Assembly: GCA_051294375.1 (NCBI GenBank)
Contig: CM119263.1
Coordinates: 29,689,517 to 29,753,516 of the forward strand
Direction: 5' to 3'
Length of the DNA: 64,000 nucleotides
Source of the DNA: Paraspadella gotoi
Taxonomy: Eukaryota; Animalia; Chaetognatha
In this document: one piece after another, positions 40,780 to 52,521 of the stretch
How positions within the stretch are numbered: position 1 is the stretch's first letter
Layout of the letters: each line of letters begins with the position of its first letter
Translations under genes and position numbers: made by a program
The notes under the pieces: generated by a model
What the model saw: the letters and a program-made list of their open reading frames with translations, nothing else
Told to the model about the DNA's origin: nothing
The model's database searches: none

Positions 40780-41400
40780 CATTCTCACATGTGGCGTCTG
40801 TACCCCATCTTGTAAAGTGCCTGAAATCACGTTCACCCCGTGACCAACTCACTTCGAGCAACTTCTTCTTGTTACAGTCAAATTATCGACCCCAGTGATG
40901 TTTTTGCTCCCAGAGGAGATTTACGATCTTCGTTTTTGCAGCTCAAAATATAACATTTTAAAGGTTTTAAAATTTAGATTAGGGCCTAAATTTTTACACC
41001 TTGTACAATGTTACCTGAAATGCGATGTCCAGAATAGTATAAAACCTATTATGACTTCGGTATGCCTTTCCTCGTTTTGCGAACCAATGATGAGGTCTTG
41101 TTTGTCATAAACTAATATTCACAACCCTGTTTGAGAGCACATCCCCCGTGATTTTCGAGTACATTTGCTCGTAATCGTTCGTGTCCGATGGAGGAGATTA
41201 ATTTCTTTGGAATCAGAAATTTAAACTAAGGCTCAGACAAATGGTGTCAGTTGTGTTCATTTTAGTTAAAAGATTGAGTCGGTTGTGATTAGAAGTGTAG
41301 TGTTTATTTCGAAAGGAGCACTGGAGTCCTGTTTTAAGGGTGTTGGAATTGAGTAGTCACCGAGTGTGCGTAGCCCTACTCCGATGTATGTCCCATTGGT
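40780..41400 (-). pseudogene. Probable LINE ORF1 remnant (possibly with Cys/His knuckles)
   Basis: Non-repetitive, coding-like sequence immediately upstream of ORF2, with fragmentary C/GH motifs on the minus strand. No continuous frame. Confidence 0.35.
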
Positions 41401-41904
41401 CGATTATGCGGTGTTGTAATGAAAAGAGTGTACGGTAGGAAATTGCTTTAATGATGGTGAAGAGAATGCCTTTCATTAAGCTACCCTATGCTTAACCTTT
41501 GTAAGAGTTGTAATTCTGATTTAGTAGTTAGAGCTCGTTTNNNNNNNNNNNNNNNNNNNNNNNNNTGTTAAGTCTTCTCTCTTCACAAAGTATTTTTCTT
41601 AATGTTAATTATGTTTTTTATTTATTTTGATTATTAATTATTTAAAGTTTATAAANNNNNNNNNNNNNNNNNNNNNNNNNNNNNNNNNNNNNNNNNNNNN
41701 NNNNNNNNNNNNNNNNNNNNNNNNNNNNNNNNNNNNNNNNNNNNNNNNNNNNNNNNNNNNNNNNNNNNNNNNNNNNNNNNNNNNNNNNNNNNNNNNNNNN
41801 NNNNNNNNNNNNNNNNNNNNNNAAGAGTGGGGAGAAGAACGAGGGTTCCAATCCTACATCGATAAAGAAAAAAAATCTAATATTTATTACTTAATGGAGT
41901 GGTC

Positions 41905-41962
41905 CTTTATACATTTGAAACATTCTTTGAAATATTATACCACTTCATTGATAAGAAAGCTG
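41905..41962 (+). repeat. Dispersed repeat family A, 5' fragment
   Basis: tttgaaacattctttgaaatattataccacttcattgataagaaagc matches the start of the other copies. Confidence 0.7.
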
Positions 41963-42107
41963 AGGAATGCAATGATGCACACCAAATGTTGGGAATTTAG
42001 TTTGGTCTAATTCGAACCAGGGATCTTTGGGCCGGGAGACGAATGTCTTTCGGCGTTTGTGAAGAGGTCACTAAATTTTATGATAGAATATTATAAGCTC
42101 TGCTGGT

Positions 42108-42228
42108 CATATATATATAATTATATATTATATATATATATTATATTATATTATATTATATTATATGATATTATATTATATTATATTATATTATATTATA
42201 TTATATTGTATATATACATATATATACG
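42108..42228 (+). repeat. (TA)n / (TATAT)n AT microsatellite
   Basis: Direct reading. Confidence 0.9.
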
Positions 42229-42735
42229 TATGCGCTATGAAAAGTTTTCTTTTTAATCAAATAAATGCAAATGTAAATTGTAAATTGTAAAGTGTAAATG
42301 CAATTTCAAGTTGAAAGAGTAGCGATCAGTCGAATGNNNNNNNNNNAAAGAAACAAACCAACTCCAGTTTATCATTTTAATGTCACATTAATGTATGTAT
42401 TTAATAGTTAATACAAGAATAATAAAACAAAAATATTGTTCAGGATTTCTGTATCAAAGAACCTCCCTTCTCTCTCCATCTCATACCCCTTCCCTTCTCT
42501 CCCCCTCTTCCTCCTCCTCTTCTTCCTCCTCCTCCTCCTCTTTATTTTTGGCCCCCAAAAATTCAAGACTTTTGTTTAAATCAGGCGCGAGTCTAAAGAT
42601 GGCGCCAGTTTAGCCATCGTCGTTGTTGACGTCATTCTCGTCGTCGTCGTCGTCGTCGTCTGCCAATCGCCTAAAGTTTTATTGATGCTTTTGTTATGGA
42701 TTTTATGAGAGCCTCGTTTTGAATATTCCTCAATT

Positions 42736-42787
<52 letters not shown>

Positions 42788-43944
42788 TCGCTAACTAAGA
42801 ATGTAAGACGTATAGTCTATCTCTCAATATCCGTTGGAATTTTGTTTGTTAAGTCGTAATTATATATTACAACATTTAATAATATTAGATGAAAAATGTA
42901 TTAAAAAGTGTAGAAATCTCAAAAAAGAGAAAAATTCGGAGTAGAAAAGCGATAGAGAAGTGAGAGAATTAATGAGAAAAGAAAAGAAAAGTTAAAAGAA
43001 AAGAAAGTAGAAAGGATCAAAAGATAAGTGAGTNNNNNNNNNNNNNNNNNNNNNNNNNNNNNNNNNNNNNNNNNNNNNNNNNNNNNNNNNNNNNNNNNNN
43101 NNNNNNNNNNNNNNNNNNNNNNNNNNNNNNNNNNNNNNNNNNNNNNNNNNNNNNNNNNNNNNNNNNNNNNNNNNNNNNNNNNNNNNNNNNNNNNNNNNNN
43201 NNNNNNNNNNNNNNNNNNNNNNNNNNNNNNNNNNNNNNNNNNNNNNNNNNNNNNNNNNNNNNNNNNNNNNNNNNNNNNNNNNNNNNNNNNNNNNNNNNNN
43301 NNNNNNNNNNNNNNNNNNNNNNNNNNNNNNNNNNNNNNNNNNNNNNNNNNNNNNNNNNNNNNNNNNNNNNNNNNNNNNNNNNNNNNNNNNNNNNNNNNNN
43401 NNNNNNNNNNNNNNNNNNNNNNNNNNNNNNNNNNNNNNNNNNNNNNNNNNNNNNNNNNNNNNNNNNNNNNNNNNNNNNNNNNNNNNNNNNNNNNNNNNNN
43501 NNNNNNNNNNNNNNNNNNNNNNNNNNNNNNNNNNNNNNNNNNNNNNNNNNNNNNNNNNNNNNNNNNNNNNNNNNNNNNNNNNNNNNNNNNNNNNNNNNNN
43601 NNNNNNNNNNNNNNNNNNNNNNNNNNNNNNNNNNNNNNNNNNNNNNNNNNNNNNNNNNNNNNNNNNNNNNNNNNNNNNNNNNNNNNNNNNNNNNNNNNNN
43701 NNNNNNNNNNNNNNNNNNNNNNNNNNNNNNNNNNNNNNNNNNNNNNNNNNNNNNNNNNNNNNNNNNNNNNNNNNNNNNNNNNNNNNNNNNNNNNNNNNNN
43801 NNNNNNNNNNNNNNNNNNNNNNNNNNNNNNNNNNNNNNNNNNNNNNNNNNNNNNNNNNNNNNNNNNNNNNNNNNNNNNNNNNNNNNNNNNNNNNNNNNNN
43901 NNNNNNNNNNNNNNNNNNNNNNNNNNNNNNNNNNNNNNNNNNNN

Positions 43945-44305
43945 GAGAGAGAGAGAGTTGATATCTTGAAGGAGACTCGTTAATAGTCATTGCATCATCA
44001 TCATAGTCAATGTTGTTGTTGTTGTTGTCATTTGTGGAAACGGAAATTTAGTGACAGGAAAACTTAGGTCATTTTGTTTATTTTAACTCTTCTGTAATAA
44101 ACATAAAATAACTAAATAACATTATTAATATATTCGTGTGGTTTATATTTTAAGTCAGATCGATTATCAGTTCTGTCGCTTCAGATATATTTTTTTCGAG
44201 AGATGAAAAAACGGGAACGAGTTGGAAGGAGAAATCCGCAGGGAATTGTCACATTTCCAGCTACGACTCTCTCTTTCTTCTCATTTTCTTTCTTCTCTCT
44301 CTCCT

Positions 44306-44359
<54 letters not shown>

Positions 44360-45975
44360 CCCCCTCTCTCTTCTCTCTCTGCCATCTCTCTCTCTCTCTC
44401 ACCCCTGCGAGTCATAGCGATCACTTCGTCCAACTCGTCACTGAAGACATTCGCGTCTGAGGTCAGACTCTCGGGCGCCGACTTCACCTCAGATAGAATC
44501 GACTCATTCGGTGCCAACATCTTCTCACTTTGGCAAGATTGCCCTAATATGGATTCGACTCTTTTGACGTGACCAGTGACCACTTTGGCAAGATTGCCCT
44601 AATATGGAATCGACTCTTTTGACGTGACCAGTGACCACTTCGGCACTTCTCGCAGCGTATGCATGACTAAATCGAAACAAATTTTCTCCTCGCAAAACTT
44701 TTCACAAGGATGAACTTAAAAATGATGAGACATAGAAATGTAAAAGAAGTGATCTCTTTGACCAAAACACTGATGGCATCAATTCCACCCACGAATTCAT
44801 TCCGCATCAAATTGTCTCACTTAGTCAGCCGATTCTTGGTTCAGCCATCATTAAGATTCGCCAGTCATTTTGACCCACCCTGTACTGTTATTTTTCACTC
44901 CTTCCGCCTGATTTAACACCCCCTCTCTATTTTCCACCCCGCTGCTTCAAACTTCACCCCCACCTCATTTTCCACCTTGATTTCACCACCTCCTCCTTCC
45001 ACCCCACCCACTCTTCCCCCCCCCTCCCACACGCCCTCTGGGTTTCGACGTCGGCAAATGACGCAATATAAACAAAAGCGTCGCTTGAAAAAGATGGCGT
45101 AAACATGGCGGNNNNNNNNNNNNNNNNNNNNNNNNNTTCTCCTTTTTTTTCCCCCCCGCCTACCCGCCGCTGGCGGCGACCAGGCGCGTCGCGGCCATGT
45201 TTACGGCCATCTTTTCCAAGCGACCGCTTTTGGTTTATAATTGCGTCTATTTGCCGACGTGCGAAACCCAGAGGGCGTGTGGGGAGGGGGGGGAAGAGTG
45301 GGTGGGGTGGAAGGAGGAGGTGGTGAAATCAAGGTGGAAAAAAATGAGGTGGGGGTGAAGTTTGAAGGCAGCGGGGTGGAAAATAGAGAGGGGGTGTAAA
45401 TCAGGCGGAAGGAGTGAAAAATAACAGTAAACAGGGTGGGTTCAAAATGAACTGGCGAATCTTAAATGATGGCTGAACCAAGAAATTCGGCTGACTAAAG
45501 TGAGACAATTTGATGCGGGAATGAATTCGTCGGGTGGAATTGATGCCATCAGTGTTTGGTCAAAGAGATCACTTCTTTACATTTCTATGTCTCATTACAT
45601 TTTTTAAGTCATCCTTGTGAAAAGTTTTTGCGAGGAGAAAATTTGTTTTCGATTTAGTCATAGCATACGCTGCCGAAGAAGTGCCGAAGTGGTCACTGGT
45701 CACGTAAAAAGAGTCCGATTCCATATTAGGGCAATCTTGCCAAAGTGGTCACATGTCTCGTCAAAAAGAGTCGAATACCATATTAGGGCAATCTTGCCAA
45801 AAAGTGGAAGAAGATGTTGGCACCGAATGAGTCGATTCTATCTGAGGTGAAGTCGCGGCCCGAGAGTCTGACCTCAGACGCGAATGTCTTACAGTGACGA
45901 GTTGGACGAAGTGATCGCTATGACTCGCAGGGGTGAGAGAGAGAGAGAGATGGCAGAGAGAGAAGAGAGAGGGGG

Positions 45976-46029
<54 letters not shown>

Positions 46030-46401
46030 AGGAGAGAGAGAAGAAAGAAAATGAGAAGAAAGAGAGAGTCGTAGCTGGAAAGTACAATTCCCTGCGGATT
46101 TCTCCTTCCAACTCGTTCCGTTTTTTCGAATCATCCATCGAAAAAAATATATCTGAAGCCGACAGAACTGATAATCGATCCTGAACTATAAAATATAACC
46201 ACACGAATATATTAATAATGTTATTTAGTTATTTTTATGTTTAATTACAGAAGAGTAACATAAACAAAATGACCTAAGTTTTCCTGTCACTAAATTTCCG
46301 TTTCCACAAAGTGAACAACAACCAACAACAACAATTGGCTAGATGAATAGATGCAATGACATATTAACGGAGTCTGCCTTCAAAGATATCAACTCTCTCT
46401 C
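43945..46401. repeat. Inverted repeat: left arm ~43945-45111, right arm ~45193-46401, 25-N gap at the centre
   Basis: gagttgatatcttgaaggagactcgttaatagtcattgcatc mirrors 46350-46400, and aagatggcgtaaacatggcg mirrors ccatgtttacggccatctt. The mirror ORFs 44181..44402(-) and 45933..46184(+) share the same start. Confidence 0.95.
44526..44641 (+). repeat. 55-bp tandem duplication (CACTTTGGCAAGATTGCCCTAATATGGA.TCGACTCTTTTGACGTGACCAGTGAC) x2
   Basis: Two near-identical adjacent units; also present in the mirror arm at ~45690-45805. Confidence 0.9.
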
Positions 46402-46534
46402 ATCTCTTTCTCTCTCTCTCTCTCTCTCTCTCCCTCTCCTCTCTCTCTCTCTCATCCCCCATCAACACTGCCTATTTCTCAATTTTTCTTCTTTTCTTTA
46501 AATTCACATCCTCATTAAACCCTCCTTCCTCTTC

Positions 46535-46832
46535 AGTTTCTCCTTTCCCCTTTCTACTTCCCCCTTCCCCTTTCCCTTCTCATTTCCGCTTTCGCTCTTT
46601 TCTCCTTCCCCTTTTCCCCATCCCTCTCCTCTTCCCCCCTTCCATTTCCATCCCCTTCACCCTTCCCCATCCCTTTCCCCTTTCCCCTTCTCCCTTCCCC
46701 ATCCCCATTCCCCTTCCCCTTTCCCTTCCCTTTCCCCGCTCCCTTGCCCTTCCCATTCCCCATTCCCGCTTTCCCCTTTCCCTTTTCCCTTTTCCCCTTC
46801 TCCATCCCCCTTCCTCATCCCCATCCCATTTC
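46535..46832 (+). repeat. Polypyrimidine (CCCTTT/CCCCAT)-type hexamer tract
   Basis: Direct reading; source of the G/K-rich pseudo-ORF 46554..46805. Confidence 0.85.
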
Positions 46833-48250
46833 CCGTAGAGGCGTCGGCGGCGCCGGGGGTTTAAGGCGCTGGCGTTGGCGGGCGCCGCAAAGAAGGCGCC
46901 AAGAAATAAACGAGGAAAACGCCATCTGGACAAAAAGGGGGATTCCATTGTCTTCGAACAAACAAAAGGGAAGAGACGAGCGAGAAGGAAAGAAGGAAGG
47001 GAGAAGAGAAGAAGGTTAAGCAGGAAAAGAAAGAGAAGGAGAAGGAAGAGAAGGTAAAGGAGGAAACAAAAGAAAGAAAAGAAGAATGTATTAAGAATGT
47101 AATAAGAATGTAATAAGAATGTTAAGAATAGAAAGAAGGGAGAAGAAGTCAAACTACATCTAGGTAAACTACATATAAAGGAGGATTTCTATGTCTCGAC
47201 GAACTTGATGACTTTATAACGAGGATTAGATGAACTAAGAAGAAAAGTTTATGACATGAACAAAGATGACAAAATCGTCCATGATGACGATGACGACGAC
47301 AATGTAGAAAAGGAACAATGACAAAGATTGCCACATCGACAAAGACTACTTTGTAAATTATAAAACCAAATTGATAATTACCAAGATGCTGAAATACGAG
47401 AAAGAGAAAGATGAGGACGACGAGGAAGAAAACGACGACGACGACAACGACAACGACGACGAGGAAAACTACGTCGACGACGACGACAACAACCACGACG
47501 AGGAAAACTACGACGACGGCGACAACGACGACAACAACAACTAAAGCAGCCGGAGAAGACGCTAATGTATTACAATTTTACTCGAATGGAATAAGAAAAA
47601 AAAAATTCTTTCTTTCGTCTGCGACTCAAAAGACGAAAGTCGTAAAAAAAGCTGAGATGAGAGAAAAACGGAAAAACCGCTGATCCAGTCGTTAGATAAA
47701 GACATGGCTTGGCATGGCGAGCATGGCGCGCGTTGGGTCGGATAGGAGACATCTGGGTAGTTGGATAGAATAGATAGATCGCTTGGTGCACTGGGGTTGT
47801 TTCGAGGTGGGCGAGGAAGGCAAGGTAAGATGGCATGACTGGATGACATGGTGGATTAGGTATGCGTGATGGCTGGTGGGAAAAGTGGCTGTAATGGCAT
47901 GATGGATTGAAAGGCATGGTGATTTGGTATGTCGGCTGATGCTGCGTTCGACCTCCGCCGCTTCGCTGTAGCGCCGGGGTTCGACGATGCGTCGCCGAAA
48001 GGTCAGGCTGCTGCTGCGGCTGCCCGACTTTCATTCGATGGCTGCGTCGGTGGAGACTCAAAGTCACTACCCACGTCATCGTTTTTTGTCGTCGTCGTCA
48101 TCTTCGTTGTCGGCATCATCGTCGTCCTGGTCGTCATCATCGTCGTCATCATCGTCGTCGTCGCCGCCGTCATCGTCTGTCATGAGGCTTTTGAAACGAA
48201 TTACGACAGATTAACTCGATCGCACGTTTTCTGCTGTTTGCTCAAAAACC

Positions 48251-48305
<55 letters not shown>

Positions 48306-48599
48306 ATGTATTTTAAAATCTGAGAGTAAGTAAAGATCATACACAATACTCATACGTTTATATCTCAAACACAAACTTAAACGACATTCGCTCCCATCAT
48401 ATCGAGGTTTGAGTTTCTTCTCTTCTCGGCATGGCATGGCATGGCAAGGAAACGATCAGACTTTGTGAGACGCTAGTGTCAGCGCGATACAATACCATAC
48501 TCTTAGAGTTAGACATGAATCTTTTAAGAAAACGATTTTCTGAAAGAGAGACATTACAGTCACAACAAAGAGCGTGGTGAGAAACTATAAACAGTGAAC

Positions 48600-48790
48600 G
48601 CAAAGATGTGATTGCACGTTCACACGCAGCAAAGATGTGATTGTGTATTCACTAGCAGCAAAGATGTGATTGTGTTTTCACTAGCAGCAAAGATGTGATT
48701 GCATATTCACACGTAGCAAAGATGTGATTGCACTATCACACGCAGCAGGAATGTGATTGAACTTTTCACGCAACAGATATATAATTGCAC
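48600..48790 (+). repeat. ~29-bp minisatellite (GCAGCAAAGATGTGATTGTGTATTCACTA), ~6-7 copies
   Basis: caaagatgtgattg recurs at ~29-bp spacing from 48601 to 48730, followed by degenerate copies. Confidence 0.9.
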
Positions 48791-49888
48791 ATTTGCAAGC
48801 AACTGTTCGCACGCAGCGACGCTTGTGGCTTCGTTGTGNNNNNNNNNNNNNNNNNNNNNNNNNNNNNNNNNNNNNNNNNNNNNNNNNNNNNNNNNNNNNN
48901 NNNNNNNNNNNNNNNNNNNNNNNNNNNNNNNNNNNNNNNNNNNNNNNNNNNNNNNNNNNNNNNNNNNNNNNNNNNNNNNNNNNNNNNNNNNNNNNNNNNN
49001 NNNNNNNNNNNNNNNNNNNNNNNNNNNNNNNNNNNNNNNNNNNNNNNNNNNNNNNNNNNNNNNNNNNNNNNNNNNNNNNNNNNNNNNNNNNNNNNNNNNN
49101 NNNNNNNNNNNNNNNNNNNNNNNNNNNNNNNNNNNNNNNNNNNNNNNNNNNNNNNNNNNNNNNNNNNNNNNNNNNNNNNNNNNNNNNNNNNNNNNNNNNN
49201 NNNNNNNNNNNNNNNNNNNNNNNNNNNNNNNNNNNNNNNNNNNNNNNNNNNNNNNNNNNNNNNNNNNNNNNNNNNNNNNNNNNNNNNNNNNNNNNNNNNN
49301 NNNNNNNNNNNNNNNNNNNNNNNNNNNNNNNNNNNNNNNNNNNNNNNNNNNNNNNNNNNNNNNNNNNNNNNNNNNNNNNNNNNNNNNNNNNNNNNNNNNN
49401 NNNNNNNNNNNNNNNNNNNNNNNNNNNNNNNNNNNNNNNNNNNNNNNNNNNNNNNNNNNGAGTGAGTGAGTCAGAATAAGCGTCCAGTTCATTTGTCATA
49501 TTCTTTAGCTTTAATCAAAAAGATACTAAAGAGAATCGAGCGAAGTATTATACTCTCTGAATTCTATGACTCATGATTGAGTCGGAAAATGGATCTTGTT
49601 TAACTCTCAACGCGCAAGATGTTTCGTTATCGAGTGGATCGCAGTCTGACCCTTGATGATCTTTCCCTTTTTTTACTGCCGCTTGACGCCGACTGACGCT
49701 TGTTATCGCCTGTTGTCTTCGATCGACGCCTGTTGCCACGCGTTCTCGCCTGTTCTCGCCTGTTGTCTTCGATTGACGTCAGTCTTCTCTTTTTTCTTTT
49801 TATCGAACAACAAGGCACAAAAAATTTCGTAATTGTTATCGCGAAAGAAAAACGTTTTTCGATATTCGGTTGAGAAAGAGAGTACGAA

Positions 49889-49919
<31 letters not shown>

Positions 49920-50870
49920 AGAAGAATAAGAAGAAGAAGAAGCAGGAAAAAAGTAAATAATAAAAAGAAATTATGACAGAAAAATATTTCGTCTTAGCTT
50001 CTGTCGTCGTCGTCGTCGTCGTCCTCTTCTTCTTCTTCCTCCTCCTCCTCCTCCTCCTACTCCTCCGCTCCTCTTGTCTTGTATCGATTTCGCTTCATGA
50101 AATTTTAACAAGGAATTTTTTTCCTTTTTTTATTTCCTTTTTTATATTTTTATTATTTCTTTCGGTTTATTTGTTATATTACTTACTTATTTTCAAAATT
50201 TTCCTCTTATAATTTCCCACAGGAAATCGTTTCGATATTTCTAGCGGCTGGGCAGCAAGAGCCAAGCAAGAGCCAAGCAATTCGCGTTTAAGCAAATATT
50301 TCTTTCAATTGGTTCTTCGTCTTTTTTCACTAAGTCAAAAGTACACATTTAACTGTTTAATGTCAAAGAATCGATAATAGATATTCTATGAATAAATAAA
50401 GACAAAATGTGGACAATTGACGGAAAAATCATCAAAAATGGAGAGAAGGAGAAAAAGGAAGAAAGGAAAGGGAAAGTGTCCAACCCTATCGCGGAGGACG
50501 AGGTGATAAAAAGGAGATAACGCTGTGAATGGTGAACGTTTTTTTGGCGGGAGTGACATAAGAGAGTGACAAAGTTACAAAGTGACTAAGGGAGTGACAA
50601 AGGAGAGTAGTTATGGCCTTATGGTGACGGAAAATGTTATTGTAAAGAACGTGACTTGTCATTAGAAGGAAAAGAGTGGGAATATGTTGCATCGACGTGA
50701 CGTTTCGCGTAGCATCGACGCGACAAAGGGCTTGACAAGCAGTGGCATCGACGTGACAAAGGGCGTGGCACGGAGGTGAGGGGCAGGAAAGTCGGCATTC
50801 GAATGCAGCCTCACGTTTTGCCAACCAGAGTATGATGAAGTTTGTCTCTGGTTTCAACTCCGTTAACAGG

Positions 50871-50934
<64 letters not shown>

Positions 50935-50984
50935 CTCCCTCCCTCTCTCCCTCTCTGTCGGCTTATTTTTCGCGGAATGCCTTT

Positions 50985-51603
50985 TCCATTTTTTTCCATT
51001 TTTCCCTGTTTTTCCATTTTTTTTAACGTTTTCTTTGCCATTTTTTCCCAAATTTTTACAATTTTTTCCTTTTATCCATTTTATCCCTTTATTTACATTT
51101 TCCCATTTCCCTCTTTTTTCCATTTTCCTTTTTTTCCATTTTCATTTTTTTTCCATTTTCCCTTTTTTTTTCTATTTTCCCTCTTTTTTCCATTTTCCCT
51201 CTTTTTTCAAATACTTTTTTTTTCCATTTTCCCTTTTTTTCCATTTTCATTTTTTTCCATTTTCCCTCTTTTTTCCATTTTCCATTTTTTCCATTTTTCC
51301 CTTTTTTCCATTTTATCCCTTTCTTTACATTTTCCCATTTTCCCTATTTTTTCCATTTTCCTTTTTTTTTCCATTTTCCTCTTTTTTCCATTTCTGTTCA
51401 TTTTCCCTCTTTTTCCATTTCCGTTTTTTCCATTTTCCTTTTTTTCCCATTTTCCCATTTTCCCTCTTTTTTCCATTTTTCCTTTTTTTCCATTTTTCCA
51501 TTTTTCATTCCCGCATTTTCTCCCTCGTTTTTTCCTTTTCGTTTCTTCTATGTTTTGTTTTTCCCAGTCTCTCTCTCATCTTTCGCGGTTGATGCCCGTC
51601 GGA

Positions 51604-51684
<81 letters not shown>

Positions 51685-52266
51685 GCCCGGAGACGCTATG
51701 AATTATAAAGAAAACTTAAAATGAAAAAAAAAGCGTGAAATAAAAAAAGCGAGGAGAAGCAACGAAAAAAAAAAAAAAATCAAATTCTCTCGCTTTTATT
51801 AGACTAAATTTATTTTTCTCGAGTTCATGAACACTTTTTAAACAATTACCTACAACATTTTCCTCGGCGATTAATTTCGCTATTAATGTTTATTGCTAAA
51901 AAATACATTATTATTTTATAAAACATTAAAAAAAATAAGAAAAAAAAAAAGAAAGAAATTCTGCGGATTCTTTTACCATCAGCGGAACGCATTCGAGCGC
52001 CTCGGGGCGATCGTCTTAAATAGCGGCGTCGTCTGCGAAGTGCGGCGTTTGCGGCCGTTCCCCCCCCGGGGGGGAAGGGCGGGGTCCCCCGGGAGGCGCC
52101 GTTCTGTGGTCGATGAGACTCGAGCCTTTTAAGTGCGGCGTCGTTTCGTTTCCTTTTTTTTCCACCGGCGTGCCTCGTTTGAGAGAGGAAGGAAAAGCCT
52201 TTCATTTTTATTTACTCCCTCTCGTCGTTCTGATAAGAGAGAGAGAGAGAGAGAGAGAGAAGAGAC

Positions 52267-52316
<50 letters not shown>

Positions 52317-52445
52317 GAGAGAGAGAGAGAGCGGAGAGACCTGAGATCAGAGACAGAGACAGAGAGAGAATTACTCCTGTCCCGCTTCAGGTGGATAACG
52401 AACTTAGTCAACTGAGTGTTTTTTCCTTTTTTGTCTTTCTTTTTA
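50985..52445 (+). repeat. Segment duplicated in direct orientation at ~61146-62640 (partial third copy at ~59255-59772)
   Basis: The same (TTTTCCA)-rich tract, cgcggttgatgcccgtcggac, ccggagacgctatgaattataaag and ttccaccggcgtgcctcgtttgagagagga occur in the same order. ORF pairs 51893/62079 and 51846/62032 share sequence. Confidence 0.95.
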
Positions 52446-52459
52446 AAAGGAGAGAGACG

Positions 52460-52499
<40 letters not shown>

Positions 52500-52521
<22 letters not shown>

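Larger units (their letters stand above)
37761..41520 (-). mobile_element. Non-LTR retrotransposon (LINE, APE endonuclease + reverse transcriptase), frameshifted; clade not assigned
   Basis: Minus-strand motifs appear in the correct order: GSDHLP-like APE C-terminus (~40241-40261), APG.DGI (~39405-39432), AYRP (~39220-39238), WLSLDFSVAFNSMW (~39001-39042), QGG...P (~38822-38850) and AKYADDT (38747-38767). The 3' end has a short tandem tail (tacattcaa)x2 abutting a (GA)n tract. Confidence 0.9.
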
